Source: Eledone cirrhosa (lineage: Eukaryota). Taken from it: a stretch of 64,000 nt of DNA. Both the position numbers and the translations under genes were made by a program. Below the pieces are notes generated by a model, which saw only the letters and a program-made list of their open reading frames with translations, did no database searches and was not told the origin of the DNA. The stretch is taken from assembly GCA_964016885.1 (NCBI GenBank), contig OZ024742.1, positions 103,168,001 through 103,232,000 on the forward strand, read 5' to 3'. Of the stretch, positions 13,583-27,332 are shown in pieces (positions within the stretch are counted from its first letter, which is position 1; each line of letters begins with the position of its first letter).

Positions 13583-13588
13583 CCGACC

Positions 13589-13620
<32 letters not shown>

Positions 13621-13680
13621 CAATACCGACCACCACCACCACCACCACCACCACCAACAACAACAACAATACCGACCACC

Positions 13681-13714
<34 letters not shown>

Positions 13715-13729
13715 CCGACCACCACCACC

Positions 13730-13761
<32 letters not shown>

Positions 13762-13827
13762 CAACAATACCGACCACCACCACCAACAACAACAACAACA
13801 ACAACAACAATACCGACCACCACCACC

Positions 13828-13861
<34 letters not shown>

Positions 13862-13882
13862 CCGACCACCACCACCACCACC

Positions 13883-13914
<32 letters not shown>

Positions 13915-13925
13915 CAATACCGACC

Positions 13926-13957
<32 letters not shown>

Positions 13958-13965
13958 CAATACCG

Positions 13966-13999
<34 letters not shown>

Positions 14000-14011
14000 C
14001 CGACCACCACC

Positions 14012-14045
<34 letters not shown>

Positions 14046-14066
14046 CCGACCACCACCACCACCACC

Positions 14067-14098
<32 letters not shown>

Positions 14099-14112
14099 CA
14101 ACAATACCGACC

Positions 14113-14144
<32 letters not shown>

Positions 14145-14155
14145 CAATACCGACC

Positions 14156-14187
<32 letters not shown>

Positions 14188-14198
14188 CAACAATACCG

Positions 14199-14230
<32 letters not shown>

Positions 14231-14241
14231 CAACAATACCG

Positions 14242-14275
<34 letters not shown>

Positions 14276-14281
14276 CCGACC

Positions 14282-14315
<34 letters not shown>

Positions 14316-14333
14316 CCGACCACCACCACCACC

Positions 14334-14365
<32 letters not shown>

Positions 14366-14379
14366 CAACAATACCGACC

Positions 14380-14411
<32 letters not shown>

Positions 14412-14425
14412 CAATACCGACCACC

Positions 14426-14457
<32 letters not shown>

Positions 14458-14471
14458 CAATACCGACCACC

Positions 14472-14505
<34 letters not shown>

Positions 14506-14517
14506 CCGACCACCACC

Positions 14518-14551
<34 letters not shown>

Positions 14552-14557
14552 CCGACC

Positions 14558-14591
<34 letters not shown>

Positions 14592-14618
14592 CCGACCACC
14601 ACCACCACCACCACCACC

Positions 14619-14652
<34 letters not shown>

Positions 14653-14679
14653 CCGACCACCACCACCACCACCACCACC

Positions 14680-14711
<32 letters not shown>

Positions 14712-14719
14712 CAATACCG

Positions 14720-14753
<34 letters not shown>

Positions 14754-14765
14754 CCGACCACCACC

Positions 14766-14799
<34 letters not shown>

Positions 14800-14808
14800 C
14801 CGACCACC

Positions 14809-14840
<32 letters not shown>

Positions 14841-14860
14841 CAACAACAATACCGACCACC

Positions 14861-14894
<34 letters not shown>

Positions 14895-14943
14895 CCGACC
14901 ACCACCACCACCACTAACAACAACAACAACAATACCGACCACC

Positions 14944-14977
<34 letters not shown>

Positions 14978-14989
14978 CCGACCACCACC

Positions 14990-15023
<34 letters not shown>

Positions 15024-15137
15024 CCGACCACCACCACCACCACCACCACCACCAACAACAACAATACCGACCACCACCACCACCACCACCAACAACAACA
15101 ATACCGACCACCACCACCACCAACGACCACCACCACC

Positions 15138-15171
<34 letters not shown>

Positions 15172-15177
15172 CCGACC

Positions 15178-15209
<32 letters not shown>

Positions 15210-15429
15210 CAATACCGACCACCACCACCATCCACAACCACCAACAACAACAACAACAATACCGACCACCACCACGACCACCACCACCACCACCACCAAC
15301 AAGAACAACAATACCGACCACCACCACGACCACCACCACCAACAACAACAACAACAACAACAATAGCGACCACCACCATCGCCACCACCGCCACCACCAC
15401 CAACAACAATACCGACCACCACCACGACC

Positions 15430-15463
<34 letters not shown>

Positions 15464-15521
15464 CCGACCACCACCACCGCCACCACCGCCACCACCACCA
15501 ACAACAATACCGACCGCCACC

Positions 15522-15555
<34 letters not shown>

Positions 15556-15900
15556 GCGACCACCACCATCGCCACCACCACCAACATCAATACCGACCGC
15601 TACCACCACCAACAACAACAACAACAATACCGACCACCACCACCACCACCATCACCACCACCAACAACAACAACAACAATACCGACCACCACCACCGCCA
15701 CCACCGCCACCACCACCAACAACAATACCGACCGCCACCACCACCACCACCATCAACAACAATACCGACCACCACCACCGCCACCACCACCAACAACAAT
15801 ACCGACCGCCACCACCACCACCACCATCAACAACAATACCGACCACCACCACTGCCACCACTGCCACCACCACCAACAACAATACCGACCGCCACGACCA
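10565..15900. repeat. Compound satellite: AATACCG-(ACC)n-(AAC)m units (from ~10916) preceded by degenerate ATC/ACC repeats
   Basis: Directly visible tandem structure. It generates the spurious long low-complexity ORFs on both strands. Confidence 0.95.
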
Positions 15901-16019
15901 TCGCTAGCACCGCAACCAACAACACCAGCATCAAGATCTCTGCCAATTCCACCATCACCATCAACGTGAAACCACGACGACTACAACCACAACCACAACC
16001 ACAACCACCACGACCACCA

Positions 16020-16345
16020 TCACCACCACCACCACCACCACCAACACCAACACCACCATCATCAATACCTAGACCACCACCACCACCACCAACACCAACA
16101 CCACCATCATCAATACCTAGACCACCACCACCACCACCACCACCAACACCAACACCACCATCATCAATACCTAGACCACCACCACCACCACCAACACCAA
16201 CACCACCATCATCAATACCTAGACCACCACCACCACCACCACCACCAACACCAACACCACCATCATCAATACCTAGACCACCACCACCACCACCAACACC
16301 AACACCACCATCATCAATACCTAGACCACCACCACCACCACTACC
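16020..16345. repeat. Minisatellite, unit CCAACACCAACACCACCATCATCAATACCTAGA-(CCA)n, 6 copies
   Basis: Repeated PTPTPPSSIPRPPPP translation in ORF 15966-16622. Confidence 0.85.
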
Positions 16346-16734
16346 ACCAACACAACACCCTACCTTTTACTATCCAAACAATCGGTGTTTTTTGTTCTGT
16401 CCTAGTTTTTTTATTTTTAATGGTATTATTATTTATTATTACACGAGAATAATAAACAGCAATTACTACTGCTGCTGTTGCTGCTGTTGTTGCTGTTGCT
16501 GCATGACAGAGAGAGAGAGAGAGAGAGAAACGACACGAGACGGGAGAGTGAGAACGAAGGAGAGAGAGAGCGATGAGAGAGAGAGAGAGCGAGTGAGAAC
16601 GATGGAGAGAGAGAGGAAATAAGAAAGAGCTGAGAGAACGCGCGAAAAAGTTTGCTGTGGGAATGAGGCTTATTTTGCTCAGCTGACACCTAGTACTACG
16701 TTTCATTGAAATCACCAAAAAATAAACATCTTTC

Positions 16735-18090
16735 AACACCATAACCATCATCACCACCACTACCACCATCAACTCCACCACTACCACCACCACTACCACC
16801 ACCACTACCACCACTACCACCACTACCACCACTACCACCACCAACAACATCAACAACGCCAACACCACACCACAACCACTACGACAGACATCAACTCCAC
16901 CTCAACCATAACCGTAACCGCCACCATAACCGCCACCATCACCACTACCCCCCCCCATCACTACCGCAACCGCCACCAATATCACCGCTTCCACAACCAC
17001 CACCATCACTGCCACCCCCACATCTACAACCACCACCACCACCGCCACCACCAAAAACCGCCGCCACCACCACCACCACCATCATCACCACAACCATCAC
17101 CATCACAGATGCCCCCCACCACACACACACACCCGTCATCACCATCAGACTCACGACCATCACCACCACCACAAACCATCACCATCATCATCACCACTAG
17201 ACCCCCCCCCTCCATCATCAGATCCACCACCACCACCATCACAACCCCCACCACCACCATCACCATCACCACCTCACCACCACCACCATCATTATCATCA
17301 TCACCACAACACCACCACCATCACCACCACTACCACCACCATCACCATCACCACCACCACACCACCACTACCACCACCATCACCATCACTACACCACCAC
17401 CACCACCACTACCACCACTATCACCATCACCACCACCATAACCATCACCATCATCATCACCACCACTACACCACCGCCATCACCAACACTACCCCCACCA
17501 CCACCATCACCATCACCACCACCACAATGCCACCACCACCAGCACCATCACCATCATCATCACCACCACTACACCACCACCATCACCACCACACCACCAT
17601 CATCACCACCACTACACCACCACCATCACCACCACCATCACCACCACCACACCACCACCATCACCACCACTACACCACCACCATCACCACCACCACCACC
17701 ACCACCACACCACAACCATCACCACCACCATCACCACCACCATCACCACCACTACACCACCACCACCATCACCACCACTACACCACTACCACCACCACCA
17801 CCACCACCACCACCACCACTACACCACCACCACCATCACCACCACCACCACCACCACAACCATCACCACCACCATCACCACCACTACACCACACCACCAC
17901 CATCACCACCACTACACCACTACCACCACGATCACCACCACCATCACCACCACTACACCACACCACCACCATCACCACCACCACCACCACAACCATCACC
18001 ACCACCATCACCACCACTACACCACACCACCACCATCACCACCACCACTACACCACCACCATCACCACCACCATCACCACCACTACCACC
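16735..18090. repeat. Degenerate (ACC/ATC/ACT)n low-complexity tract
   Basis: Directly visible trinucleotide repeats. Confidence 0.9.
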
Positions 18091-18375
18091 TACAGCAAAC
18101 ATTTATTCAATACTATTAACAGCTTTATCTGACAACAAGGTTTTAGGGTGCAGAACCACAACAGGTGGCCAAGCTTGTACATTGATTACTTAACCAGAAC
18201 AAGCTGTTGTTTTCTTTTTGTCTTCACACATATATTTCCGTTCCTATATCATCTCTCCTGTGTGTATTATGTTGGTATATTTATATATATGTAGGTATAT
18301 GTGTTTATGTATGTATGCAGGTGTGTCTGTATGTATATGTTAACGTATGTATGTATGTATGTATGTATGAATGTA

Positions 18376-18983
18376 CAGGTCACCAGTTGGTGCTACTGGT
18401 AACATGTATCCCAGTACAACCTGTCTCATGGTCGGGTCGTTGGCGACTAAACTGGCAACCCCACCAAGGTTTCCTGGTGAGGAGGGTGACTTTGGACATC
18501 CTGCAGGACTAAAAACAAAACCTGTCAAAGGGCAAAGGAGCTCTTAAGAGTCAATAGCCATCCAAAATCACTGGGAGAGATGACCCCTTAGCCTTTGTCA
18601 AGGCAGAATTCTAGGAGAAGGAAAACTCTGATATAACACCTGCAACCCTGATGGTATCCAATGATGTTGACTTGTTCTTCTTTTTGGTAAATATCATCTT
18701 GGTTAAGAGAGTGGGACTGGCTTTGTGCAGTGCCTTTGCTCACTATAAAAGCTTCACAGCACAGGCATTGCTTTATATCTGGAGATCTCTCTGCACTTGT
18801 CATCACATGGTACCATGGGCCCTGCACTATGTGTCAATAATGGTCACAAGTGTAGTCTTTGTACCAGAGTTTTCAAGTCGCTGACTGGACTAAAAAGTCA
18901 CATTCGTTCAGCGCATCGGTAGGGGTTCTCCTACATGGATATAAAGTAGTGGCCGTACTCGAAAACGAGTTGGCAGCCACCAT
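18376..18983 (+). mobile_element. Non-autonomous bipartite RTE-derived retroelement (~610 bp), copy A
   Basis: RTE-type 5'UTR motif CTAGGAGAAGGAAAACTCTGA. The 3' part encodes a terminal C2H2 finger remnant ([22 protein letters not shown]). (TATG)n tail. Near-identical to the copies at 45.1, 55.5 and 56.1 kb. Confidence 0.75.
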
Positions 18984-19056
18984 GAATGTACGTATGTATA
19001 TATGTATGTTTGAATGTATATATGTATGTCTGTATGCATGTATGTATGTTTGAATG

Positions 19057-19090
<34 letters not shown>

Positions 19091-19112
19091 TGTATGTATG
19101 TATGTATGTATG

Positions 19113-19320
19113 TGCCCGACCGCGCAGTTAACCCGCCGGAAGTGGGAGACCCCTGTTCCTTGTTAGGACATCATTCTAGAAAAAGAAAACCCTGATGCAA
19201 AACCTGCAACTCGATGGCAGCCAACGATATGTTCCTCTTTTGGGATACCTGTTATTGTTGTTCAGAGAGTGGGATTGGTCCAGTGCAAGGCCTCTTTTCA
19301 TTTAAAAAAGCTTCAATGAC
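19113..19320 (+). mobile_element. Diverged, truncated relative of the RTE-derived element
   Basis: Similarity to 18575-18760 (ttctagaaaaagaaaaccctgat; agagagtgggattgg). Sits after a (TATG)n tract. Confidence 0.5.
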
Positions 19321-19505
19321 ATGCATCACTTGATTTAAAAACATGCATCACTTGATTTAAACGACTTTCATATGCAGAAATACTAAAAAGTTATGTTCGT
19401 GCCACCCATGTATGAGAAAAAGGTCAATTCTCGAAACTGTGGTGTAGTCATTATATTATGTACGTATATTATGTACGTATATTAGTCTTCTATTATTAAC
19501 AGATA

Positions 19506-19698
19506 GGGCGGTGGATTGGCAGTATCGGTAGAGGGTCGGACGCCATGCTTTCCAGCATAGTTACGTCCCTTTACGATCTGAGTTCAAATCCCGCCGTGGT
19601 TGACTTTGCCTTTCATCCTTACGGGGTCGATAAAATAAAATACCATTAATGTACTGGGTAATTGCTGGCCTTGTGCCAAAAGTAGAAACAATTATTAA
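19506..19698 (+). mobile_element. tRNA-derived SINE (family 1)
   Basis: A-box-like TGGCAGTATCGG, B-box GAGTTCAAATCC, core GACTTTGCCTTTCATCCTTACGGGGTCGATAAAATAAA and tail GCTGGCCTTGTGCCAAAAGTAGAAAC. Many copies in the window. Confidence 0.85.
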
Positions 19699-21227
19699 CA
19701 GATACTGAAACAGTGCTGTCTGGCAATTCTCGACGGCAACCGACACACTGTCACGTGTTCCAAAAGGAAAACTATTTTTTCCTGACGAAAAAAATATTTT
19801 TCTTTGATAGCGAGTCTACCAGATGTTTATTGTATATGCTTTCATATATACCCCTATTATACTTAAATGCTGTTTTAGCGCTCCGGCCAATTTATATACA
19901 CTCGCACACACACACACATTAGTGATTTTGTGTATCTGAGTCTGTTTAAGTTTGTGACAGAGTTCATGCTCCGTAACCTAGCTGCTCAACAATAAACAAA
20001 ATACTGGATTTCGATAAAATACTGGAGTCGTTATGGTCGACTAAATCAAAGTGTTACCTAAGAATGACTGCAGTTTAATGATTGAAACCCCCAAAATAAA
20101 TAAAAGAATACATGCATGCATTAATTTCAACTCTTCTTATTAATAACTGTATGTTTTTCTTTCCAAGGACAGTGTTGAAAAATAACTTCATTTGGTCATT
20201 CCATGAGAGTATTTTAATAAGCCTATGAACATTTCACCCTATGAACTTTCCAGCCGACCTTCATTATAAGGATTTTTGATAAGGTTGGTGTTGGGTGTAA
20301 AAGGAGTGAAACTACACGACTAGCTGCACATGACACCTGTCTGTCGCAAGGTCAACACACAAGAGCTTGCTGGTATTCATCTTTTCAGCTCAGCCTGGAG
20401 CAACATGAATGGGAGTGCCTTGCTTAAGAAGACTCATCGGTAGTTCTTGAAATCGAACCTACCACCTATCAATCGTGAATCCAACACCCTAACCAGTAGG
20501 CCGCATGTCTTTACTGGGCGGAAATAAAAAGGTCACTGTACTGGTGGTGTTATCTTCCAAAAAGTGCTCAACAATAAACAGTTAACTTTAAAAACTTGAT
20601 TCAGTGGAATGATACGTGATGTCCAGTGGATGATACGTTCGAGAGAAGGACTGCGGTGGTTATGTCAAGAATGCCTTTGTCTTTAAGTCTGCTCTATTAA
20701 AATTAACCTGAGGCCAACCAAAACAGCAACACATATAAAATAGTTAAAGGTAAAAATAAAATAAAAAATAAAATAAGTATTGAATTTCAATTTTTAACGA
20801 GTTGAATAGATGTCATCTGTTTAATTTAAAAATGAATATGGTGTTGTGGGTCAACAACCTAATGTTTACATCAGCTATCAAGTGAGTTTAAGAAGCGTCA
20901 ATATAATGTTTATAGCTTTGTTTGTAACGAACGTTAGCGCACCGGGGAAGACGTTTTATGCAATTTGTTCTGGCTCTCAGAGCTCCGAGTTCAAATCCTA
21001 CTGTAGTCAACTTCACCTTTAATCTTTTAGTGGAAAAAAAAAAAAAAAAAAAAAAAACACCCCCAAACCCCCATAAAACAAAACAAAAAAACAAACTAAC
21101 TAACAAACAGAATAAAACTTCTAATAATAATTCATAAGGTTGATAACAATTGTATTTTAATTACTAAGCTATACACAAGGCGGCGAATTGGCAGACTCGT
21201 TAGATCGTCAAATTGAATGCTTTACAG

Positions 21228-21559
21228 GAGAGGTCCCCAACCACCAGGTCGCAGACCGGTACCGGTCCGTCGATCATTTGCTACCGGGACGCAAAGTTTA
21301 AAATTATATAATAGATAAATTGAATATTGGACTTTAATTCCGCAAAGTTTAAAATTATATAATAGATAAATGGACTTTAATTCAAAAAGATTTGTTTAAA
21401 TATTCAATATTCATCTACTTTAATAAATTGCTCCTTTTATTATTGCTCTCTTTATCGAAATGCACTTGAATAACTCATATGTGCAACTACCGGTCCGCGG
21501 AAAGATTGTCCGGCATAAAGCCGGTCCGTGGTATATATATAAAAGGTTGGAGACCACTG
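21228..21559. mobile_element. hAT/Charlie-like (MER1-like) MITE nested in a family 1 SINE (21178-21650)
   Basis: TIRs gagaggtccccaacc / ggttggagaccactg, subterminal GACCGGTACCGGTCCG, and an imperfect 8-bp TSD ctttacag/ctttataa. The SINE head lies before and the SINE body after. Confidence 0.7.
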
Positions 21560-21714
21560 CTTTATAACATTCGTTTCGGCTCACTGCTCTCTGAATTCAA
21601 CTTTGTCTTTCATCAAATTAAGGTCAATAAAAAGTACCAGTCTTGAATTGGGTCTCGGTTCTTCCTCTACATCTCTTCCTCATTTCTGTTCTCTCACTCT
21701 TTATCCTTCTCTAG

Positions 21715-21830
21715 AAGAAATCTGCTGTATTCAAACCTGGAGGGGAGATGGGCTCTGCCAGGTTTAAAATTGCCCTAGAAACGCCGTATGTCAATATGGC
21801 ACTTCCACGACTCCCCCAGGAGGTACCAGT
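21715..21830 (+). repeat. Dispersed repeat (GATGGGCTCTGCCAGGTTTAAA core); related copies at ~26500-26600, 51440-51520 and 57330-57415 (minus) and 62575-62720 and 62980-63055 (plus)
   Basis: Pairwise similarity read by eye. Often adjacent to or inside family 1 SINEs. Confidence 0.6.
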
Positions 21831-22129
21831 CCATACATACATATATGTACTACAGTGTGTATCTATAGATTTTTAGTTAACGCTATATCTAAAATTAATA
21901 TGGTAATATAGAGTGTATTTATAGATAATAGCTAACACTGTATGTTAGTGATTCCAAAACATTTTTTCCACACTTCGCACATAACAAATAAAAATATTTT
22001 GGTGTATTTTGTACCTAGATTCGAAAATGTACGTATTAGCATAGCATAAGGTAGAAATGCAGATAATTTAAACTACAGAAAAATTATTTGTACTTCCTTC
22101 TTTAGTCAATACATTTGGGGGGAGGGGAA

Positions 22130-22285
22130 AGTCGATTAAACGTTACTGCTGCTTGATTTTATCGACCCCGTAAGGATGAAAGGCAAAGTTAACGTTGGCG
22201 GAATTTGAACTCAAACCGTAAAGGACCGTAATTCTATGCTGCAAAGCAGGGTGTCTGACTCTCTACCTTACCAATCCACCGCCCT
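22130..22285 (-). mobile_element. tRNA-derived SINE (family 1)
   Basis: Reverse complement of the SINE core: atcgaccccgtaaggatgaaaggcaaagtt...tttgaactc...ccaatccaccgccc. Confidence 0.75.
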
Positions 22286-23479
22286 TGCAATAGTAATAAT
22301 AATGACAACTATAATAACGGCGCACTTGGTGGTTTTGGGCAATGTTTTCATTCTTAGTTTACTTGTTTTCCACAGTTATATATGAACCTTATTACGAATT
22401 TCATTCATTTCAGGCAAAGGGGGCACGTTCCCCCGGGCGCCGTTTTGAGTGGGGCGCAAAATTGACCAAGATTGTTGACTTAAAAATTGAAGCAAGATTG
22501 TTTGCTGCAACTTTTGAAAACAGTATACCCACAAAGTTCGAGCTTGCCCCCGGGCGCAAAATCCTTAGTTACGCCACTGCATATAATGATGATTAAAGTC
22601 ATTAGACATGCTTTGTAGTTCAGTATAACATAAAAAAAAATCCCTATTCGGGCATCAGTAGTTTTTAAGTTTCTAACATGATGAATAAAAGTCGCCTACT
22701 TAATTTACATATCACTAGTATAAAGAGGTCAACGAACTAATGTTTACACCAATTGACAAGTTAGGTTAACAAGCGTTAATATACTAATGTTACATCTACA
22801 TTTGTGACGAGCAGATGGATTGGCAGAGTCGTTAGAACGCTAGATAAAATATCTTTTCGTCCCGGGTTTTCTGTGCTTGGGTTCAAACCCCGAGCATGTC
22901 AAATCTGCCTTTCGTCATTTTGAAGTCGGAAAAAAAAAAAAAAAAAAAATAGTAAGTTGAAAATGTGAGAATCCCAAATTCAGAAAATAACTGTAATAAC
23001 AGTTGATCACTATTTTCTGCGCTCAGGACTTTCAAATTTCAAAACACCCAGCGTTTCGATAAATCATAAGACTGACAAAAGCTGTATTTTAATTTCTCAG
23101 GTATGCGGTACTATAGGTGTTAGCCAAAATTATATATAAGTAGACAAATGTGAACACTATGAATGAGCACCATGCCTTTATATACAATATCTTCGTGAAC
23201 AGCAAAAGGAGGTATCAGCGGCACTAGTTACTATCATATGTTGGGATTTCATCAACGACTGAATATCCCTTTTAACTGTCCACAGAGACACTAATTATAA
23301 ATCTACGGCTTAAGAAAATCAGATAAAACAATTCGCACATGTAACGTTAAAACAAAACTTTGTTAGCACACCAGTAATTTTCAACTTTCCGAGGAGATGT
23401 GTAAAAGTCGATTGTTATATCTACATATCAATACTGTAGTGGGGTCAATGACCTAATGTTTACACTGCATTTGTGACGA

Positions 23480-23820
23480 GCAGTCAAATTGTCAGAGTCG
23501 TTAGAACGTCGGATAGAATATCTTATGGCGTTTGCTGCGGGCTTTCAGAGCTCCGATTCAAATCCCGCTGGGGCCACCTTTGCCTTTCATCGTTTCAAGG
23601 TCGACAAAATAAAGTACCAGTCAAGAACTGAGGTTGATTAAATTAATTTTATCCTCCCCCAAATTTGCTGGCTTTGTGCTTAAATTAGAAATTAATATAC
23701 TAATGTTATATTTACGAATTCAAATCCTGCTGAGGTCAACTTGGCCTTTCATAAATAAAGTCGATAAATAAAGTACCAGTCAAGTATTAAAATCTTTCCC
23801 ACTCCCGCAGAATTGTCTTG
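23480..23820 (+). mobile_element. Family 1 SINE plus a truncated second copy
   Basis: B-box ttcaaatccc, core ctttgcctttcatc...gtcgacaaaataaagtaccag and tail gctggctttgtgcttaaattagaaa. Confidence 0.7.
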
Positions 23821-24066
23821 TAAAAATATAAAACTTCTTTGTATTCTCCCACGAAAATTCCATGACAAGCACATCAACCTAAAGGACCAAGACAGAAAAA
23901 TATATTTGTGAACAGAGTGGTGTAAGCCGTGTAGCCCCGCAGAGAACACGATTCAGTTTCGATTCTCAATCAAAGCCGTTTTACGCGTACATCGTTGTAT
24001 TTGGTGATGTTCTTTTAACAAAGTTATCAGACTCGTACCTTCTCATTCTCTTCACGTTAAAACATA

Positions 24067-24266
24067 CGAGGGTCGACTGAAAAGTTCATAGTTTGACCAT
24101 AAAGGAGTGATGCTAGAACTGTGAAATATTGCATGCATTAATTCCAACTATTCCTATTAATAACTGCATTCTTTCTTTCCAGTGACTATGTTGAAAAATA
24201 AACCTCATTTTATCATTCCATGAGAGTATCTTGGTCAGCATATAAACTTTTTAGCCGAGACCCTCG
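24067..24266. mobile_element. Tc1/mariner-like MITE (~200 bp); related copies at ~20105-20265 and ~51031-51205
   Basis: TA|CGAGGGTCGACTGAAAAGTTCATA ... TATAAACTTTTTAGCCGAGACCCTCG|TA: TIRs with a TA target duplication. Confidence 0.75.
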
Positions 24267-25879
24267 TATATATTTCGACCGAGAATAAACTTTCCCAGCG
24301 AGTGTCAACGACATTATATTTGTATTGTATATATGACAATAAACAGGAAGATGTGTAAATATGAAAATATACTCTTGACAGGTGCAATGTGTCCGAACTC
24401 GGAAGAGTCGAACTCCCACCGCCATCGCCTCCATCTCTCTCACCCTCCCCATCTCTCTGTATAGTGATCAAATGGGGTCCCACGTGCTGGCCGCCCCACA
24501 GTCCCGGCGGACAGAATGGAGAAGGCGTTTTCCCGGAGGAAGATAAGGGAAATGCGCTGGAAGTTATATCGGTGATCAGGTTTCGATTCCTAGGTGAAAC
24601 AGTTTGATTTCTCATTTTTTACTAATTTCCTTCAAACTGGCATGAATGTCAAAACTTCCTGTTTCCTCACTGTTATATATTTGGTTATGGAATTAATGTC
24701 TATGGTAATACAGAGAGGAAGTCTAAGACCTATTTGCACCTTTTCAGGTTTGTTTCCCTTGTTGAATATTGATGAATAACTACTATTGTTTTTCTTTTCT
24801 CACCCCATTATTTCTTCTTCTTCTTCTTCTTCTTCTTCTTCTTCTTCTTCTTCTTCCGTGAGCAACGCGCCTTCTACATATTTTTTTAAGGCATAGCTTA
24901 TTTTTTTCAGTATACATTATCAAAAAAACATCTCTCTTTTTTTTTTAAGCAGGTAAAGTATTATTTAAGGGGGGTTGGCTGCTGTTTCTAACAAGTGGAG
25001 CAACCACGCAGAGGCTCTTAATTTATGCCTGAGGTAAATTGTGAATTGGCATTTAGTTAAGTTGCTGGCTTACAGTAGCGTGATGGAATCTTGTTGAACG
25101 ATGATAATAAACAAATTACAGATGGAGAAGTAGCCTGTTTACTGGTTTGTCTCGTATTATTTGTTCAGATAGTTGAAGGTTTAAAGATAAGACACGTAAC
25201 AGCTGCAACTGGAGGATTAAATAATAGACAACTTGTTAGGAGAGAGGGATGAGTGAGGGAGAGAGATATTGAAAAGGAGAGAGAGAGGGGGGGATATAGG
25301 AAAATGAGTAATAATTATAACGATGTTATTGCTGTTGTTTAGTCTCAAAGCAATACTGATCCAACAAGCAGACCAACGACTAAAAGCGCTCCAGTCCCGA
25401 CCATCCCGTCTCTTTTCTATAACTAGGACCGCACACTCCAATCGGATGTGTCCTTGATTTTTTAAGACGTTAGTTATGGCGTAATTTGAAGTAGATTTGG
25501 CTCCTATACCTAGCAGGTCGAGCCTTTCTGGTGCGAATGTGAAAGGGTTGTATTATAAGACGCCCGCTAAAAGTGGGGTTTGCGAGCATCGAAACTGGTT
25601 ATGTCCAAAATCTAGAATCCATATACTCAAATAGATTACTCTATTTACTAAAGTCTATTTAGGTACGAAGTTCAAACTAAGTTCAAACCCCGTCAAACTC
25701 AACTCTGCCTTTCATTGTTCCGGGGTTGATGAAATAAAATACTAATTAAGTAGTTTACTTGATATAATCGACTGTCCCTTCCCACCAAGTTTGAGGTATA
25801 TTCATATAATATTTGACTTTCTCTTCCACACAAATTGCTGGCCTTGTACCTATAAATTAATATTATGCAATATCTTCAG

Positions 25880-26092
25880 GATGGAGGATTGGCAATATTA
25901 GTAGAGCATCGAATAAAATGCCATTGTGGTATTTGTTCCAGCTCTTTACATTCAAATATTGTTAAGGTCAACTTTGCCTTTCATCCCCCCGGTCTCGGTA
26001 AAATCAAATACCAGTTAAGTACGGTGTTTGATGTAATCAACTTTGCCCTTTCTCCTAATTGTGCTGGTCTTGTGTCTAAATTAGAAATCAAT
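25880..26092 (+). mobile_element. tRNA-derived SINE (family 1), diverged
   Basis: Core gtcaactttgcctttcatcc and tail gctggtcttgtgtctaaattagaaa. Confidence 0.65.
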
Positions 26093-26260
26093 AGTAAGCA
26101 ATACCTAAGGACAATGTGTTGGTATAGTCCAAGAGCACCGAACTAAATACCATTCCCGCTTCGTCTTGTAACTATATTTTGACTTTCCTCTATCACAACT
26201 CTCCAGTTTGATCGACTATATTCCATGGTCTTCTTGTCCCAAGCCAAATGGAAAACTTTA

Positions 26261-26444
26261 TTAATAATTGTTTCTACTTTAGGCACAAGGCCAGCAATTA
26301 CCCAGTGCATTACTGGTACTTTATTTTATCGACCCCGTAAGGATGAAAGGCAAAGTCAACCTCGGCGGGATTTGAACTCAGATCGTAAAGGGACGTAACT
26401 ATGCTGGAAAGCATGGCGTCCGACCCTCTACCGATACTGCCAAT
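26261..26444 (-). mobile_element. tRNA-derived SINE (family 1)
   Basis: Near-identical reverse complement of 19506-19698. Confidence 0.85.
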
Positions 26445-27129
26445 ACACGTGAACTATACATACAGTCTCACGTTCTTGTATGCAAGGACCCGTAAGTCCT
26501 GATACAGTCGTAGACACTCTAGTGACATGCAGCGTATCTTGGGCATTTTAAACCTGAGGGAGTCCATCCCCTCCCCAGGTCTGAACATTTCTTCTTTTTC
26601 TTCTTTTGAAGGGCAGATTTTACCTCGGTGATGTGTGTGTGAGTGTATGGACGCGAAAGAGAGAGAGAGAGAGAAAGAGCAGGAGAGCGATAGAAAGATG
26701 GGGTGAGAGAGGAGAATGTAAGGGGAGAGGGGGGAGAGAGGAGGAGATAGATAGTGAAAGAGAGGAAGAGGGGGATTCGATCTTAGTAGTTGGATGGTGT
26801 TTTGTTTTATCGGCCTTGAAAAGATGAAAGACAAAGTTGATATCGGCAGGGTTTGAACGTGGGAAGAAAAGATTTGGAACAAATATCGCTGGGAATTTAT
26901 CTGACGCTCCAACGGTTTCACCAATCGGCCGCAACCATCCAACAACAACAAAGTTGATACATATATATTTTTATTTTAATCACGATAACCATGATAAAGA
27001 GAGTGATAACCAGCCGTGTTTATTACATCTTTTATGGCATATCTCAGAACATCATTATCCAAGGTCTCGTTCTGTTGTTTTTCTAAGATAGTAAGGTGAG
27101 ATTTTAGGAACATTTGGTTGTTGTTTATT

Positions 27130-27332
27130 GACAGAATCGTTAGAGTGTCGGAAAAAATGTTTTATGGACATCTAGTTACAGTCCTTTACGTTCGATCTCG
27201 CCATGGTCGACTTTGCTTTCGTCCTTTTTTTAGTCGATAAATTTAAGTATCGGTAAAATATTGGAACCAATATAATCGACTTTCTCCTTCCCACGAACTG
27301 CTGGTCTTGTGCCTAAATTAGAAATTATTATT
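27130..27332 (+). mobile_element. tRNA-derived SINE (family 1), diverged
   Basis: Core gtcgactttgctttc...gtcgataaa and tail gctggtcttgtgcctaaattagaaattattatt. Confidence 0.65.

Noticed and set aside
10494-15882. Very long ORFs (up to 1472 aa) on both strands
   Set aside because: Products of a stop-free ACC/AAC satellite. They are homopolymeric blocks with no domain and are open in several frames at once.
10916-15900. CRISPR-like repeat/spacer appearance
   Set aside because: The constant part is only 7 nt, the variable parts are triplet runs, the context is eukaryotic and there are no cas genes.
15966-18132. Extensin/mucin-like Pro/Thr/His-rich ORFs
   Set aside because: Translations of simple repeats, with no signal peptide, splice or domain support.
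19506-19600. tRNA genes at SINE heads
   Set aside because: A/B boxes are present but there is no complete cloverleaf, and they continue into the SINE core and tail.
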